The notes: generated by a model not told the origin, from the letters alone. 23,359 bases of DNA from Gemmatimonadota bacterium (GCA_036679645.1 JAZDCY010000087.1:1-23359), one strand, 5' to 3'; positions 1 through 8,120 are shown, counted from the stretch's first letter. Translations and numbers: made by a program.

Positions 1-1173
1 GGTGAGGCGCACCAGGTCCACCTCGCCTTTGGCCCAACGCGCGTAGTACGGTTGCACCGGCGCGTGGAAGAACTGGCAGAACAGCCCGGTCTCTGCGAGA
101 TGACCCATCGCATCATCATCCGCGCCGAGCGGTGAGAACAGCGCCGTCCGCATGGACGGATTCGTGAGATACACCTTGAAGAAGTTGGCTCGTTGGAACC
201 GGCGCCCTTTTCGGTTCACGCGGTACACGACGCGGATCAAGAAGGCTGCCTCCAGGTACTCGAGGTAGCGGCGAATGGTGGGTTTGGCCACGCCGGCTCG
301 CTCTGATAATCCTTCGAGAGACACTTCACCGGCAGTGTTGAACGCGAGCGTCGTGAACAGCGTGTTCAGTTCTTGAATGTCCTGGATTCCGTAGAGACTC
401 GGCAGGTCGCAGAGCAGCACCTTGTCGATGATGTCGCTCTTGATGAAGCGCTGCGGGTCGGCCTGGATCTCTGGAGAGAACAACACCTCGGGATACCCAC
501 CGAAGTTGAGGTAGTGGACGAACCGCTCGTTGAGTTGCGCGATATCCCGCGCGGTCTGCGGACCCTCCGAGACGTGTGCCGCGCGGAGATCGTGATGGCC
601 GAGCAGGTCGAGATACTCGCTGAAGGTGAGGGGCGGCAAGAGAAAGTCGGTGAACCGTCCCGCACCCGATTCCCGGCTCTTCAGTCGCAGGGCCGCTGCC
701 GCCGATCCCGACGCCAGGGCGGTGACGGTAGGCCGCGAGTCGACCAGCGCCTTCAGGTGGCGCTCCCAGTCCTTGAGGTACTGGATCTCGTCGAAGAAGA
801 CGGTGCACGGGTTCTCGAGCAGCTCGCCGCCCGTTGCGCGGTCGGCCTCTTCCAGCAGATCATCGAGACCGCAGCCGGTATAGATGGGGTGGTCCACCGC
901 GATGTAGCAGAGCGAGCGCGGGGGCGCGCCCCGTTCCCGGAGCCGGCTCACGGCGTGGTGGATCAGGACGGTCTTGCCCACGCGGCGCGGGCCCAGGAGC
1001 ACCACCGCGCGCCGGATGCCGGTGGGAGCGAGCAGGGGGAGGAGTAGATCGAGATATGCCCGGGGTCGGAGTTGGGCGTACAGCGATCCGACCTGGTGCG
1101 GTGGGTCCCACCAGGGATTCTCGGCGGCGATGCGGCGCCGGACCTCGGAGCGGGGGATGTCCTGGACGGTCAT
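1..1173 (-). CDS. AAA-family ATP-binding protein (AAA_14 + DUF4143 type), runs off the left edge
   Basis: Not in the ORF track because it has no stop in the window. Manual translation from ATG at 1173 gives MTVQDIPRSEVRRRIAAENPWW...VVLLGPRRVGKT (Walker A), VFFDEIQYLKDWERHLK (Walker B), ATGSAAAAL..ESGAGRF, and at the edge YARWAKGEVDLV in the same frame. Confidence 0.9.
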   Translation of the reverse strand, partial: MTVQDIPRSEVRRRIAAENPWWDPPHQVGSLYAQLRPRAYLDLLLPLLAPTGIRRAVVLLGPRRVGKTVLIHHAVSRLRERGAPPRSLCYIAVDHPIYTGCGLDDLLEEADRATGGELLENPCTVFFDEIQYLKDWERHLKALVDSRPTVTALASGSAAAALRLKSRESGAGRFTDFLLPPLTFSEYLDLLGHHDLRAAHVSEGPQTARDIAQLNERFVHYLNFGGYPEVLFSPEIQADPQRFIKSDIIDKVLLCDLPSLYGIQDIQELNTLFTTLAFNTAGEVSLEGLSERAGVAKPTIRRYLEYLEAAFLIRVVYRVNRKGRRFQRANFFKVYLTNPSMRTALFSPLGADDDAMGHLAETGLFCQFFHAPVQPYYARWAKGEVDLVRLT

Positions 1174-1384
1174 ATAAGCAACATTAACTTAACTTATCGT
1201 TCCAGTAGCGCGTATTGTCAAGGTGGGGAGTCACTTACGCATGTACTGTGCGATAAGATATGTTGACTTATCTTAAGCCATGTACAGCGACTAACACATT
1301 GTGAAATAATAGGTTACGTTGTTGCCACGAGAGTACAGCGCCCGCGCCTCAGCCACAGGGGTGCTGGCACGCCGCAGTTTCGGT

Positions 1385-1770
1385 GGCCGGATGTACTATG
1401 ATTCCGACGCCATGATTTCATCGACCGTTCCGACCCTTTTCACGCTTGGGACCAGCAGCGCTCGCTCGACGAGTTCGTGGCGTTGCTCCTCGAAGCATCC
1501 ATCGACGTACTCGTTGATGTGCGTGAGACCGCATGGAGCCATAAACCCGGATTCTCGAAGCGTGGCTTAACCCACGCCTTGGGTGATCACGAGATCGCCT
1601 ATGTTCACGCGAAGTTCGCCGGCAATCCGAAGCACCTGCGCAAGTCAGCCACGTCACATGGGGAGTGTTTGCGCCTTTATGCTCGCCACATTGAATCCAA
1701 CGCAGCGATCATCGAGACCTTCGACGAACTGATTGGCCGTCTCCTGGATGCCGGGAAGCGCGTGTCGCCG
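1385..1770. repeat. Direct repeat copy A (DUF488 region); partner at 4692-5081
   Basis: 386 bp vs 390 bp aligned by eye, from GGc/tGGATGTACTATGATTCC to GGGAAGCGCGTGTCGCCG, with scattered substitutions and 4 nt of indels. Confidence 0.95.
1412..1770 (+). pseudogene. DUF488-family protein, copy A, frameshifted near 1450 and C-terminally truncated
   Basis: MISSTVPTLFTLG, then a 1-nt loss (GGG ACCAG vs GGA TAC CAG in copy B), then QQRSLDEFVALLLEASIDVLVDVRETAWSHKPGFSK...AGNPKHLR. It stops resembling the family after GKRV and lacks the C-terminal CxE..CHR motif. Confidence 0.8.
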
Positions 1771-1917
1771 CCTTTTCCGGGTCCCGCGTCTTCGGCGCAA
1801 GCTCCCGGTTCTTCAGTCAGTGATGTCGCTAGGGAAGTCGTCTTCGCCGAGCGCTTCGCCGCCTGCCAAAACGCCTGCTACTTCACGTCACATCCACTGT
1901 CGACGGATTCGGGCGTC
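1767..1917 (-). pseudogene. Remnant fragments of the genes at 5107-5912 and 6223-6520
   Basis: 1767-1805 matches 5255-5293 (34/39 nt). 1813-1917 matches 6223-6331, starting at the same TCAGTCAGTGATGTCGC stop-codon context. Confidence 0.85.
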
Positions 1918-2443
1918 ATGACAACGCTCGCCCCTCCGCCACAATGATGCTGGCACGCCGCAATTGCTCTTGAAACTTCTGTTCCGTCATGTCGACTCTG
2001 AGTCGCTTCGTGTGCCCGATTTGCCGATAGGCCGCTTCGAGCGACAGGAGCTGGTCTGTAAAACCCAGTGCATGCGCGGAGGTGATCGCGGCGCCGTCCC
2101 CTGTTACCAGGGCCATGTCTTCGGTCGCGTGGTGCACCAGATATGCGAGCGCCTCTTTCTCCCCGGGGTCCAGTTTCGCGCGTAAGCCGGGGTGGAGCCG
2201 TCCGAGGAAGGCGGCTTGTTCAGCCGGTGTGGCCGAGCACTTCTGTATCACCCCTTCATCGACCTCGGCCTCGAGACCCAAGAGGCGCCGTTGGCCGTCG
2301 GTGTCGAGGAAGTATGTCACTTCCTCGATGACCGTCTCGGCCACAACGATACCGTAGTGTTCCCGTAGGAGAAGCCACCCGTCGCATTGGTGCGCGCAGA
2401 TGCACGCGTCGGCGTCAACCAATAGTAAGCGCGGCCGAGTCAT
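1916..2443 (-). CDS. PIN-domain protein (putative ribonuclease toxin)
   Basis: Start taken at MTRPRLLLVDAD. PIN-type acidic motifs LVDAD, TVIEEV, LDPGEKEALA and LVTGDGAA. Overlaps the 3' end of the upstream XRE-ImmA gene. Confidence 0.75.
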   Translation of the reverse strand: MTRPRLLLVDADACICAHQCDGWLLLREHYGIVVAETVIEEVTYFLDTDGQRRLLGLEAEVDEGVIQKCSATPAEQAAFLGRLHPGLRAKLDPGEKEALAYLVHHATEDMALVTGDGAAITSAHALGFTDQLLSLEAAYRQIGHTKRLRVDMTEQKFQEQLRRASIIVAEGRALS

Positions 2444-3605
2444 CGTACTGCTCGTCAAACCCATGCCGCGACAACTCGCCTAGGGGCACCTCGAGACATT
2501 GAGCGGCCTTCGCGCGCCCGATCTCGCCACGCTGGTAAGCCGACCGAACGAGGTCCACGAAGCGGTCGGTGAACGGCCGTTCCGGCGTGGTCCAGTGGTC
2601 TTGGGACGCGGCTTGCCATGCCGCCTGGAATACGGCGTCACCACGTACCCGCTCCTTGTCTCCTTCTGAAATGACACCAAGCGTTGACAGCCGGATGACC
2701 ATGGCCTCGAGCGACACGCCAAAGTCCATAGCGAGGTTGGCCATGTCCCCGGGGCTCAGTTTCCCGTCCCGTGCCCTTACACGTACGCGTTCGAGTAGCT
2801 CACCAGCGGGAGACAGTAACACGGAGGCAAAAGCGTTCGCCTGCGCTTCGAGCTTGTTGTACCACCAGGGAGCCGTCTCTTGGTCTCGCTCCCAGAGCGC
2901 GCGGACAGATTCCCACGTCACGAGATGGAAGAGTTCGTGTGCGAGGCTGAACGTGCGGCGCCACGGCGGCTCGTCGCGGCTCAGCAGGACTGCCGCCCCG
3001 AACTCGCCCATTGCGCATGCGGCCGACCCGTCCGGGTCGTCTCCCAGGCTCTCGTAGAAGACCTTCACCCCATACGTCTCTTCGAGAGTTGGAAGAAGCG
3101 CACGGGCAGGTCGGTTACCGAGGTTGAGCTGTTCGGAGACCTGCTCGGCGATCCCCCGCGCAAGTGTGGTGTTCGCCCGTGCGGGATCGTGGGGAATCTC
3201 AGGGAGTTGCCGGGTGGGCCACTCGTTCGCCCACTCCATCACGAGCGCGTAGCGCGACGCCCGGTCTATCAACGCGGCTTCGCGCTGCATCCGCCGGTTG
3301 GCGTCGGCGTGCGGCTGGCCAGCGGCCGTTCGCCAGAGCACGAGTGCGGGTGTGGGCATCGGTTCGAGCCCGAGAAGCACCTCGATACCCACCCGAAGCA
3401 GGCCGGCGAGTTTGGCAAGTTCGAAGGCTTTGACCTGTCGGTCACCCCGTTCGAGGGCAGATACCGTCTCGCCGGCCTTCCATCCCATGGCCCGGGCCAC
3501 CTCGTCCTGAGAGAGTCCGGCCCGCTCCCTAGCCCGTCTGACAGCCGCAGCGATCAGGTTTGGGGATCCGGGAGTGGCCGGCTTGCGGGAGCGCGACTTT
3601 GGCAT
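2415..3605 (-). CDS. XRE helix-turn-helix fused to ImmA/IrrE-family zinc metallopeptidase
   Basis: N-terminal RRARERAGLSQDEVARAMG..TVSALERGDR (XRE HTH); RRTFSLAHELFH (HExxH) followed by EAQANAFASVLL. Confidence 0.92.
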   Translation of the reverse strand: MPKSRSRKPATPGSPNLIAAAVRRARERAGLSQDEVARAMGWKAGETVSALERGDRQVKAFELAKLAGLLRVGIEVLLGLEPMPTPALVLWRTAAGQPHADANRRMQREAALIDRASRYALVMEWANEWPTRQLPEIPHDPARANTTLARGIAEQVSEQLNLGNRPARALLPTLEETYGVKVFYESLGDDPDGSAACAMGEFGAAVLLSRDEPPWRRTFSLAHELFHLVTWESVRALWERDQETAPWWYNKLEAQANAFASVLLSPAGELLERVRVRARDGKLSPGDMANLAMDFGVSLEAMVIRLSTLGVISEGDKERVRGDAVFQAAWQAASQDHWTTPERPFTDRFVDLVRSAYQRGEIGRAKAAQCLEVPLGELSRHGFDEQYDDSAALTIG

Positions 3606-3865
3606 CAGGTGATTCCTGAACGGTTGGGAAGATACTGCCTACAACCTAGCTCATTGTTGGGAGTTCTCAAGTTTTTCTTGATTAGCAGTGAGATCGCAGC
3701 AAGTCAGGCCTAGTCGTAGGTGTCGAGGCCGGATCGGCTTGGACCCACGGTCTGCACTCGCCAGTCCATGCGGGAGACCCTCGGCGGTCCCGTTTCCTTC
3801 GGTTATCTTGAGCTGGCTTGGGCTGTCCGAGGTTGTATTATTGTCCCAAGTCACGCCTAGTATCC

Positions 3866-4600
3866 GTGGAGGCACCTCTGACCCGCCCGCACGTCCCCCT
3901 TGGAGTCGGCATCTACAGCCGAGCCGAAGCCGCCCGCTTGCTTCGCCTCACGCCGCAGCGGTTAAGCCGGTGGGTCCGGGGGTACACCTATTGGCTCAAG
4001 TCCGGTCCTGCGCCGCGTCGCACGCGGCAGCCTCCCGTTGTTCGCACCGACCTTCCTACGATCGACGGCACCGTCGCGCTTTCCTTCCTCGAGCTGATGG
4101 AGCTGCGGATCGTCAAGGCGTTCATCGAGAAAGGTGTGCCTCTACAGCGCGTGCGAGTCGCGGCACGCCGCATCCAGGAGCTTTTTGGAATCCCGCATGC
4201 GTTCGCGCACCGGCGTGTTTTCACCGATCACGAGGAGGTCTTCGTGGGGCTGTCGTCTTCAGAGCCGCAGCCCGACTTGCTGCAGGTCACGGGGAAGCGC
4301 GCGACGCTACAGGTGATAGCGGGAAGCCTTTTCGAGCACTTTGTGGAGGAAGTCGATTTCGACCCGAAGACCTCGCTAGCCGAGCGTTGGTTTCCGCTCG
4401 GGCGCGGCGTCCCCATTGTTCTAGATCCTCACATTGCGTTCGGTGCACCGGTTCTTGTTGGCACGAGGATTCGTACCGACGTCTTGGCGTTGTATGCCTC
4501 CGGCAACAAGAGTGACACGGTGGCACGCGCGTTCGAGCTGACGCGACCTCAGGTGACGGCCGCTACCGATTTCGAGGCCCAACTGGCGCGCGCCGCTTGA
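3866..4600 (+). CDS. DUF433-domain protein with N-terminal HTH (VapB45-like antitoxin)
   Basis: GIYSRAEAARLL..LSRWVRGY, LSFLELMELR, and C-terminal IVLDPHIAFGAPVLVGTRIRT. GTG at 3866 is preferred to the longer ORF start at 3818 (judgement). Confidence 0.85.
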   Translation: MEAPLTRPHVPLGVGIYSRAEAARLLRLTPQRLSRWVRGYTYWLKSGPAPRRTRQPPVVRTDLPTIDGTVALSFLELMELRIVKAFIEKGVPLQRVRVAARRIQELFGIPHAFAHRRVFTDHEEVFVGLSSSEPQPDLLQVTGKRATLQVIAGSLFEHFVEEVDFDPKTSLAERWFPLGRGVPIVLDPHIAFGAPVLVGTRIRTDVLALYASGNKSDTVARAFELTRPQVTAATDFEAQLARAA

Positions 4601-4645
4601 TCTTCCTGCTGGACGCCAACTTCCCACCGCAGTTCGCACGTGTCC
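4597..4645 (+). pseudogene. 5' stub of a PIN toxin (DUF5615/VapC45-like), truncated
   Basis: TTG start overlaps the TGA of the DUF433 gene. MIFLLDANFPPQFARV matches the 'FLLDxNxPP' opening of these PIN proteins; resemblance is lost after about 16 codons and the frame runs into DUF488 copy B. Confidence 0.7.
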
Positions 4646-4691
4646 CGCAATCGCCGGATCGCGAGAGACCATGTCACGCTTTCGGAGCGTC

Positions 4692-5081
4692 GGCTGGATG
4701 TACTATGATTCCTACGCCCATGATCTCATTGACTGCTCCGACCCTTTTCACGCTTGGATACCAGCAGCGCTCGCTCGACGAGTTCGTGGCGCTGCTCCTC
4801 GAAGCATCCATCGACGTACTCGTCGACGTACGCGAGACCGCATGGAGCCATAAACCCGGATTCTCGAAGCGTGGCTTTTAACCCACGCCTTGGGTGATCA
4901 CGAGATCGCCTATGTTCACGCGAAGTTCGCCGGCAATCCAAAGCACCTGCGCAAGTCAGCCGCGTCACATGGGGAGTGTTTGCGCCTTTATGCTCGCCAC
5001 ATTGAATCCAACGCAGCGATCATCGAGACCTTCGACGAACTGATTGGCCGTCTCCTGGATGCCGGGAAGCGCGTGTCGCCG
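4692..5081. repeat. Direct repeat copy B (DUF488 region); partner at 1385-1770
   Basis: Direct alignment with 1385-1770. Confidence 0.95.
4720..5081 (+). pseudogene. DUF488-family protein, copy B, frameshifted near 4877 and truncated
   Basis: LFTLGYQQRSLDEFVALL..DVLVDVRETAWSHKPGFSKRG, then GGCTTTTAA vs GGCTTAA in copy A (+2 nt, giving a stop at 4881). The remainder is in ORF 4890-5165. Family resemblance ends at the same GKRV point as copy A. Confidence 0.8.
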
Positions 5082-5106
5082 ACGACAGTTGCCGTATTCG
5101 CTAGAC

Positions 5107-5912
5107 CTACGACGAGTCCAGTAGATCGAGTTGGTCGGCGAGTTTCGGATACCAGAGTCCGATGATACCGAACTGGTACATTCTCATCCGGAAACTCCCC
5201 ATGAACAGCTTGAAGTCATGCTCATCCGGATTCGTTATTGACCGCAGGCGGCTAGCCGCCTTTTCCGGATCTCGCGTCTTGCGCGCAAGTTCCAAGAGTC
5301 CCCAGTCGAGCACACTCATGTTGTGGGGTCCGTCGGCACATTCGTCGCATGCCCCAGCGCACCGCCAAGCGAGCCGGATTGTGTAAGGTAGGTACTCCAG
5401 CTCCTTGTATTGCGGGTGGAAGAGGTCCGGTTGTGCCTGGATCTCTCGCCACTTCTCTTGGAAAGCGGCCTTATCTCCCAATGGACGTACTTGCACTTCT
5501 ACACCTTCGATCGTTCTGACCGACACGATGCCCATTGAAAGGCCAGATGCGCGGCGCGCGGCCTTCAGGTCGGCAACGCTGTCAAACTGCCAGCCGACGT
5601 GGCGGAACATGATCTCGCGACGTTGGCGCCAGTGATCGGAGGTGTCCACGTGCGCGACGACCCGAATGGCCTCGCTCATTACCTTGTAGCTCTCCGGGCG
5701 CGGATCACTGTGACTTTTCTGGATCGGCACGTCGATCCAGTCGTAGAGCCCGTATTGCTTTGAGCCGTCCAGGTAGCGAAGCGGGACAGGATACAGCCTG
5801 ATCGGCCGACCGTCTTCGCGCACGGCGCCGTGCAGACCGTCTCGACGTATCTGGCACTGAGTTCGGGATAGGTTTTGCCCCAGATCAGGGCACGAATCGT
5901 ATCGTAAGCCAC
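5107..5912 (-). CDS. Conserved hypothetical protein (KTYP...ETVCT...RLYPVP...DPRPES family, recalled as a DUF488 neighbour); 1-nt frameshift near 5831
   Basis: GGAGG RBS then GTG at 5912. MAYDTIRALIWGKTYPELSARYVETVCT (ORF 5679-5912) joins GAVREDGRPIRLYPVPLRY...IIGLWYPK (ORF 5107-5973) if one base is restored at TGC AC- GGC GCC. Confidence 0.75.
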
Positions 5913-6051
5913 AAGCCTCCGGACCGCTCGGACGTTCTGATGCGTCGATAAGCGGCCAACGATCCGGTGTCAAGCGCGTTACACCGCCCGTAGGTGCGTT
6001 CCTTCGCTGCTACACCGACCACGGACAACTCCTAAGCCTCGACAGACCGAT

Positions 6052-6198
6052 TCAGCATCGTCGGTACTGCGTGTTCTGCCCCTTGCCGCAGTTGCCACAC
6101 GGCGGCAACTGATCGTCGGCGTCGTCGAGCACGACCGCCCAGTCACAGTTGGTGCAGCAATACCGACCCTTTCCGGGTTTCTCCCCGATGTCATGCAT
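6052..6198 (-). CDS. 48-aa zinc-ribbon protein
   Basis: Below the ORF-track cutoff. AAGGAG RBS, then MHDIGEKPGKGRYCCTNCDWAVVLDDADDQLPPCGNCGKGQNTQYRRC*, with two CxxC pairs and the GEKPGKG..LPPC pattern of small zinc-ribbon proteins. Confidence 0.85.
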   Translation of the reverse strand: MHDIGEKPGKGRYCCTNCDWAVVLDDADDQLPPCGNCGKGQNTQYRRC

Positions 6199-6222
6199 CT
6201 CGTTCTCCTTGATTGTCAGGCG

Positions 6223-6520
6223 TCAGTCAGTGATGTCGCGACGGAATGTCGTGTCGGCCGAGCGCTTCGCCGCCTGCCGAAACGCCTGCTGCTGTTTCAC
6301 GTCACGCGCACTGTCGACCGATTCCGGTGTCTCGACCTCGACGATCTTCCGTTCCCAACCCTTCTTCACGACAACATCCGGCCTGTACCCGGTGATCGTA
6401 CCGGGCTTCGAGAACCCCTCGATATCGGCCTTCACGTCAAACCCGTGCTTTCTCATGCGTCCGAGCTACTTCACACACACGCTCGTCGTGCTCCGTTTGA
6501 GACTTCTTGCTCCGAGTCAC
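6223..6520 (-). CDS. Small PD-(D/E)xK-like (restriction-endonuclease fold) protein, probable +1 frameshift near 6451
   Basis: GTG at 6520 gives MTRSKKSQTEHDERVCEVARTHE. Removing one A in GAGAAAGCAC continues into KHGFDVKADIEGF..GYRPDVVVKKGWERKIVEVET. Motif is PD..EVE. The alternative is a 77-aa ORF from ATG at 6456. Confidence 0.6.
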
Positions 6521-6587
6521 ATGGATTTCCTCGTGATGGTTGAACCGCAGGTCAGTCCCGTGATCGCCGTGTTCGGTGACCTCCTGC

Positions 6588-8120
6588 TTAGACCACAAGG
6601 TCTACGTCGGTCGGACGGCTTCTTGCGTCCAAGATCCGGCGTCGCCGGACGGCCTCGATGTTCTTCTTCCTGGTCGTGCACACGCAATCGCGGTGGCGCG
6701 CCTGCGGGTAGAGGAGCCCGCCCTGGGGTCCCTGCAGAGCGTCGAACTGAAACTGCGGCTCGAGCACAGAGTTCAGTCCGGCCGCGTACTTGATCAGTTC
6801 CCCAACCACCATCGCAGCGCTCATGCATGCGACGAACGGGACCGACGGTGCCGGAGGAGCGGTCTGATCGGTTGTCAACGTCCGAGCCATCGCCTCGTCT
6901 ACCACCGAACAGATCCTCTTCCCAACGTATGCCGCGAGCCGGTCGCGCTTCTCGGCCGGTGCACCCTCCACATCTTCGACTGTTACGAGTTCGTCCCCTT
7001 TGACCACTCGTTCGGGACTCAGACCGGTCATCTGGCTCTGCAGGAGGTCCGCACGGTGGGCCCGCGGTTCGCGGTAGACGCACCGTAGGCAACCGATGTT
7101 GGGTCCCCACGGGTGCTTCCCAACACCAGCTAGGAGATCCCCGATCGCGCCGTCGATTACGACATCGAGCCAGAGGTCCTGAATCGCGTGCCGAGCCTCG
7201 ATGGTGTCCACGGCGCCTAAAACCACGTCCGGGTACTGGATTTCGAGTCCGAGTCGCTGGTCGAAGGTTTCGATGTCTTCGACGAAGCCAGTTGCAGCGA
7301 TCCCGGTTTGAAAACGGGATGCGAGATACTCAGCCTTGTCCTGCCCAAGCGCCTCGCGTCCGACGAGCACTGACGTACCGAGGTTCTCGTCCGCGTACTG
7401 TTGCGGATCGACTATCGCTAGCGTGCCGGTGAAGGGGAGCTGACGGAGGAGGTAGACGATGCCATTACCGATAGTCCCGCCGCCCACGAGTACGGCGTTG
7501 AGCAGCATCGGGGAGATCGCTGGTCCTGCCGTCTCGGATGTGCAGTCGTAGGAGAAGAGATCGAACTCCAAGAACGGCCAGAGCGATCCGCGGCTTTCCC
7601 GCAGTGCGATCAGGCGTTTGAACACCTCTGCCGTGCCGAGGCTGGCGGCGAACAGCGCGGCTACCGGATTGGTGTTCGATGTTGTCGCAGGAAGGTCGCC
7701 GCCGCCGGAAGCGACCATGGCATGCCAGCCATCCGAGTTCACCGTCGTCCACGGAAGATCGGAACGGCCGGTAGCGCCGACGCTCAGGATGGCGTCGAAG
7801 GAACTCAGCGTGGGTCGCTCTTGGAATTGGATGGGCGATGCAAACTCGAGCTGACGAGCGGTCGCCCCGATGTCCTCGCCAAGCCCAGGCACATTTAGCG
7901 GGACGTGCACCGTTAGCTGGGTGGTCATCGACCTCAATAGGCGCAAGGAGGCTTCGAAACATGTCCGACCGTTTGGCGTGCGAAGGACCTCCGGCTCACC
8001 CGTCAGTAGGACCCGCTTCTCCGGAAAGCGGTGGCGATCCGCAGCGTGTTCGCCAAGAGCCGCCGCCACGCCCATCGGCCGACTGAAGGCCGTCTGGCGG
8101 TCTACTGCGGAACTAGGCAC
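6588..8120 (-). CDS. bilD: E1-like ThiF-family ubiquitin-like activating enzyme (BilD-like)
   Basis: ~200-aa N-terminal degenerate adenylation-like region (NPVAALFAASLGTAEVFK); VLVGGGTIG nucleotide-binding loop; IVDPQQYADENL; GAVD; CLRC and C-terminal CVC as zinc ligands; candidate catalytic Cys404 (GKRICS) before PSVPFV. Symbol assigned from operon context. Confidence 0.88.
   Translation of the reverse strand: MPSSAVDRQTAFSRPMGVAAALGEHAADRHRFPEKRVLLTGEPEVLRTPNGRTCFEASLRLLRSMTTQLTVHVPLNVPGLGEDIGATARQLEFASPIQFQERPTLSSFDAILSVGATGRSDLPWTTVNSDGWHAMVASGGGDLPATTSNTNPVAALFAASLGTAEVFKRLIALRESRGSLWPFLEFDLFSYDCTSETAGPAISPMLLNAVLVGGGTIGNGIVYLLRQLPFTGTLAIVDPQQYADENLGTSVLVGREALGQDKAEYLASRFQTGIAATGFVEDIETFDQRLGLEIQYPDVVLGAVDTIEARHAIQDLWLDVVIDGAIGDLLAGVGKHPWGPNIGCLRCVYREPRAHRADLLQSQMTGLSPERVVKGDELVTVEDVEGAPAEKRDRLAAYVGKRICSVVDEAMARTLTTDQTAPPAPSVPFVACMSAAMVVGELIKYAAGLNSVLEPQFQFDALQGPQGGLLYPQARHRDCVCTTRKKNIEAVRRRRILDARSRPTDVDLVV

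Noticed and set aside
326..1266. ORFs 373-1047 (+), 326-808 (-) and other listed ORFs in this interval
   Set aside because: They are shadows of the minus-strand ATPase frame 1173-1, which carries clear Walker motifs.
1385..5081. Composite transposon bounded by the direct repeats
   Set aside because: The repeats encode DUF488 fragments; no transposase, terminal inverted repeats or target-site duplication were found.
5979..6194. 71-aa ORF MTSGRNPERV...
   Set aside because: The overlapping frame 6052-6198 has a better RBS and a recognisable zinc-ribbon pattern.
5825..6455. Programmed ribosomal frameshifting at ~5831 and ~6451
   Set aside because: No canonical slippery heptamer is present, and indels are widespread in the window, so error or decay is more likely.
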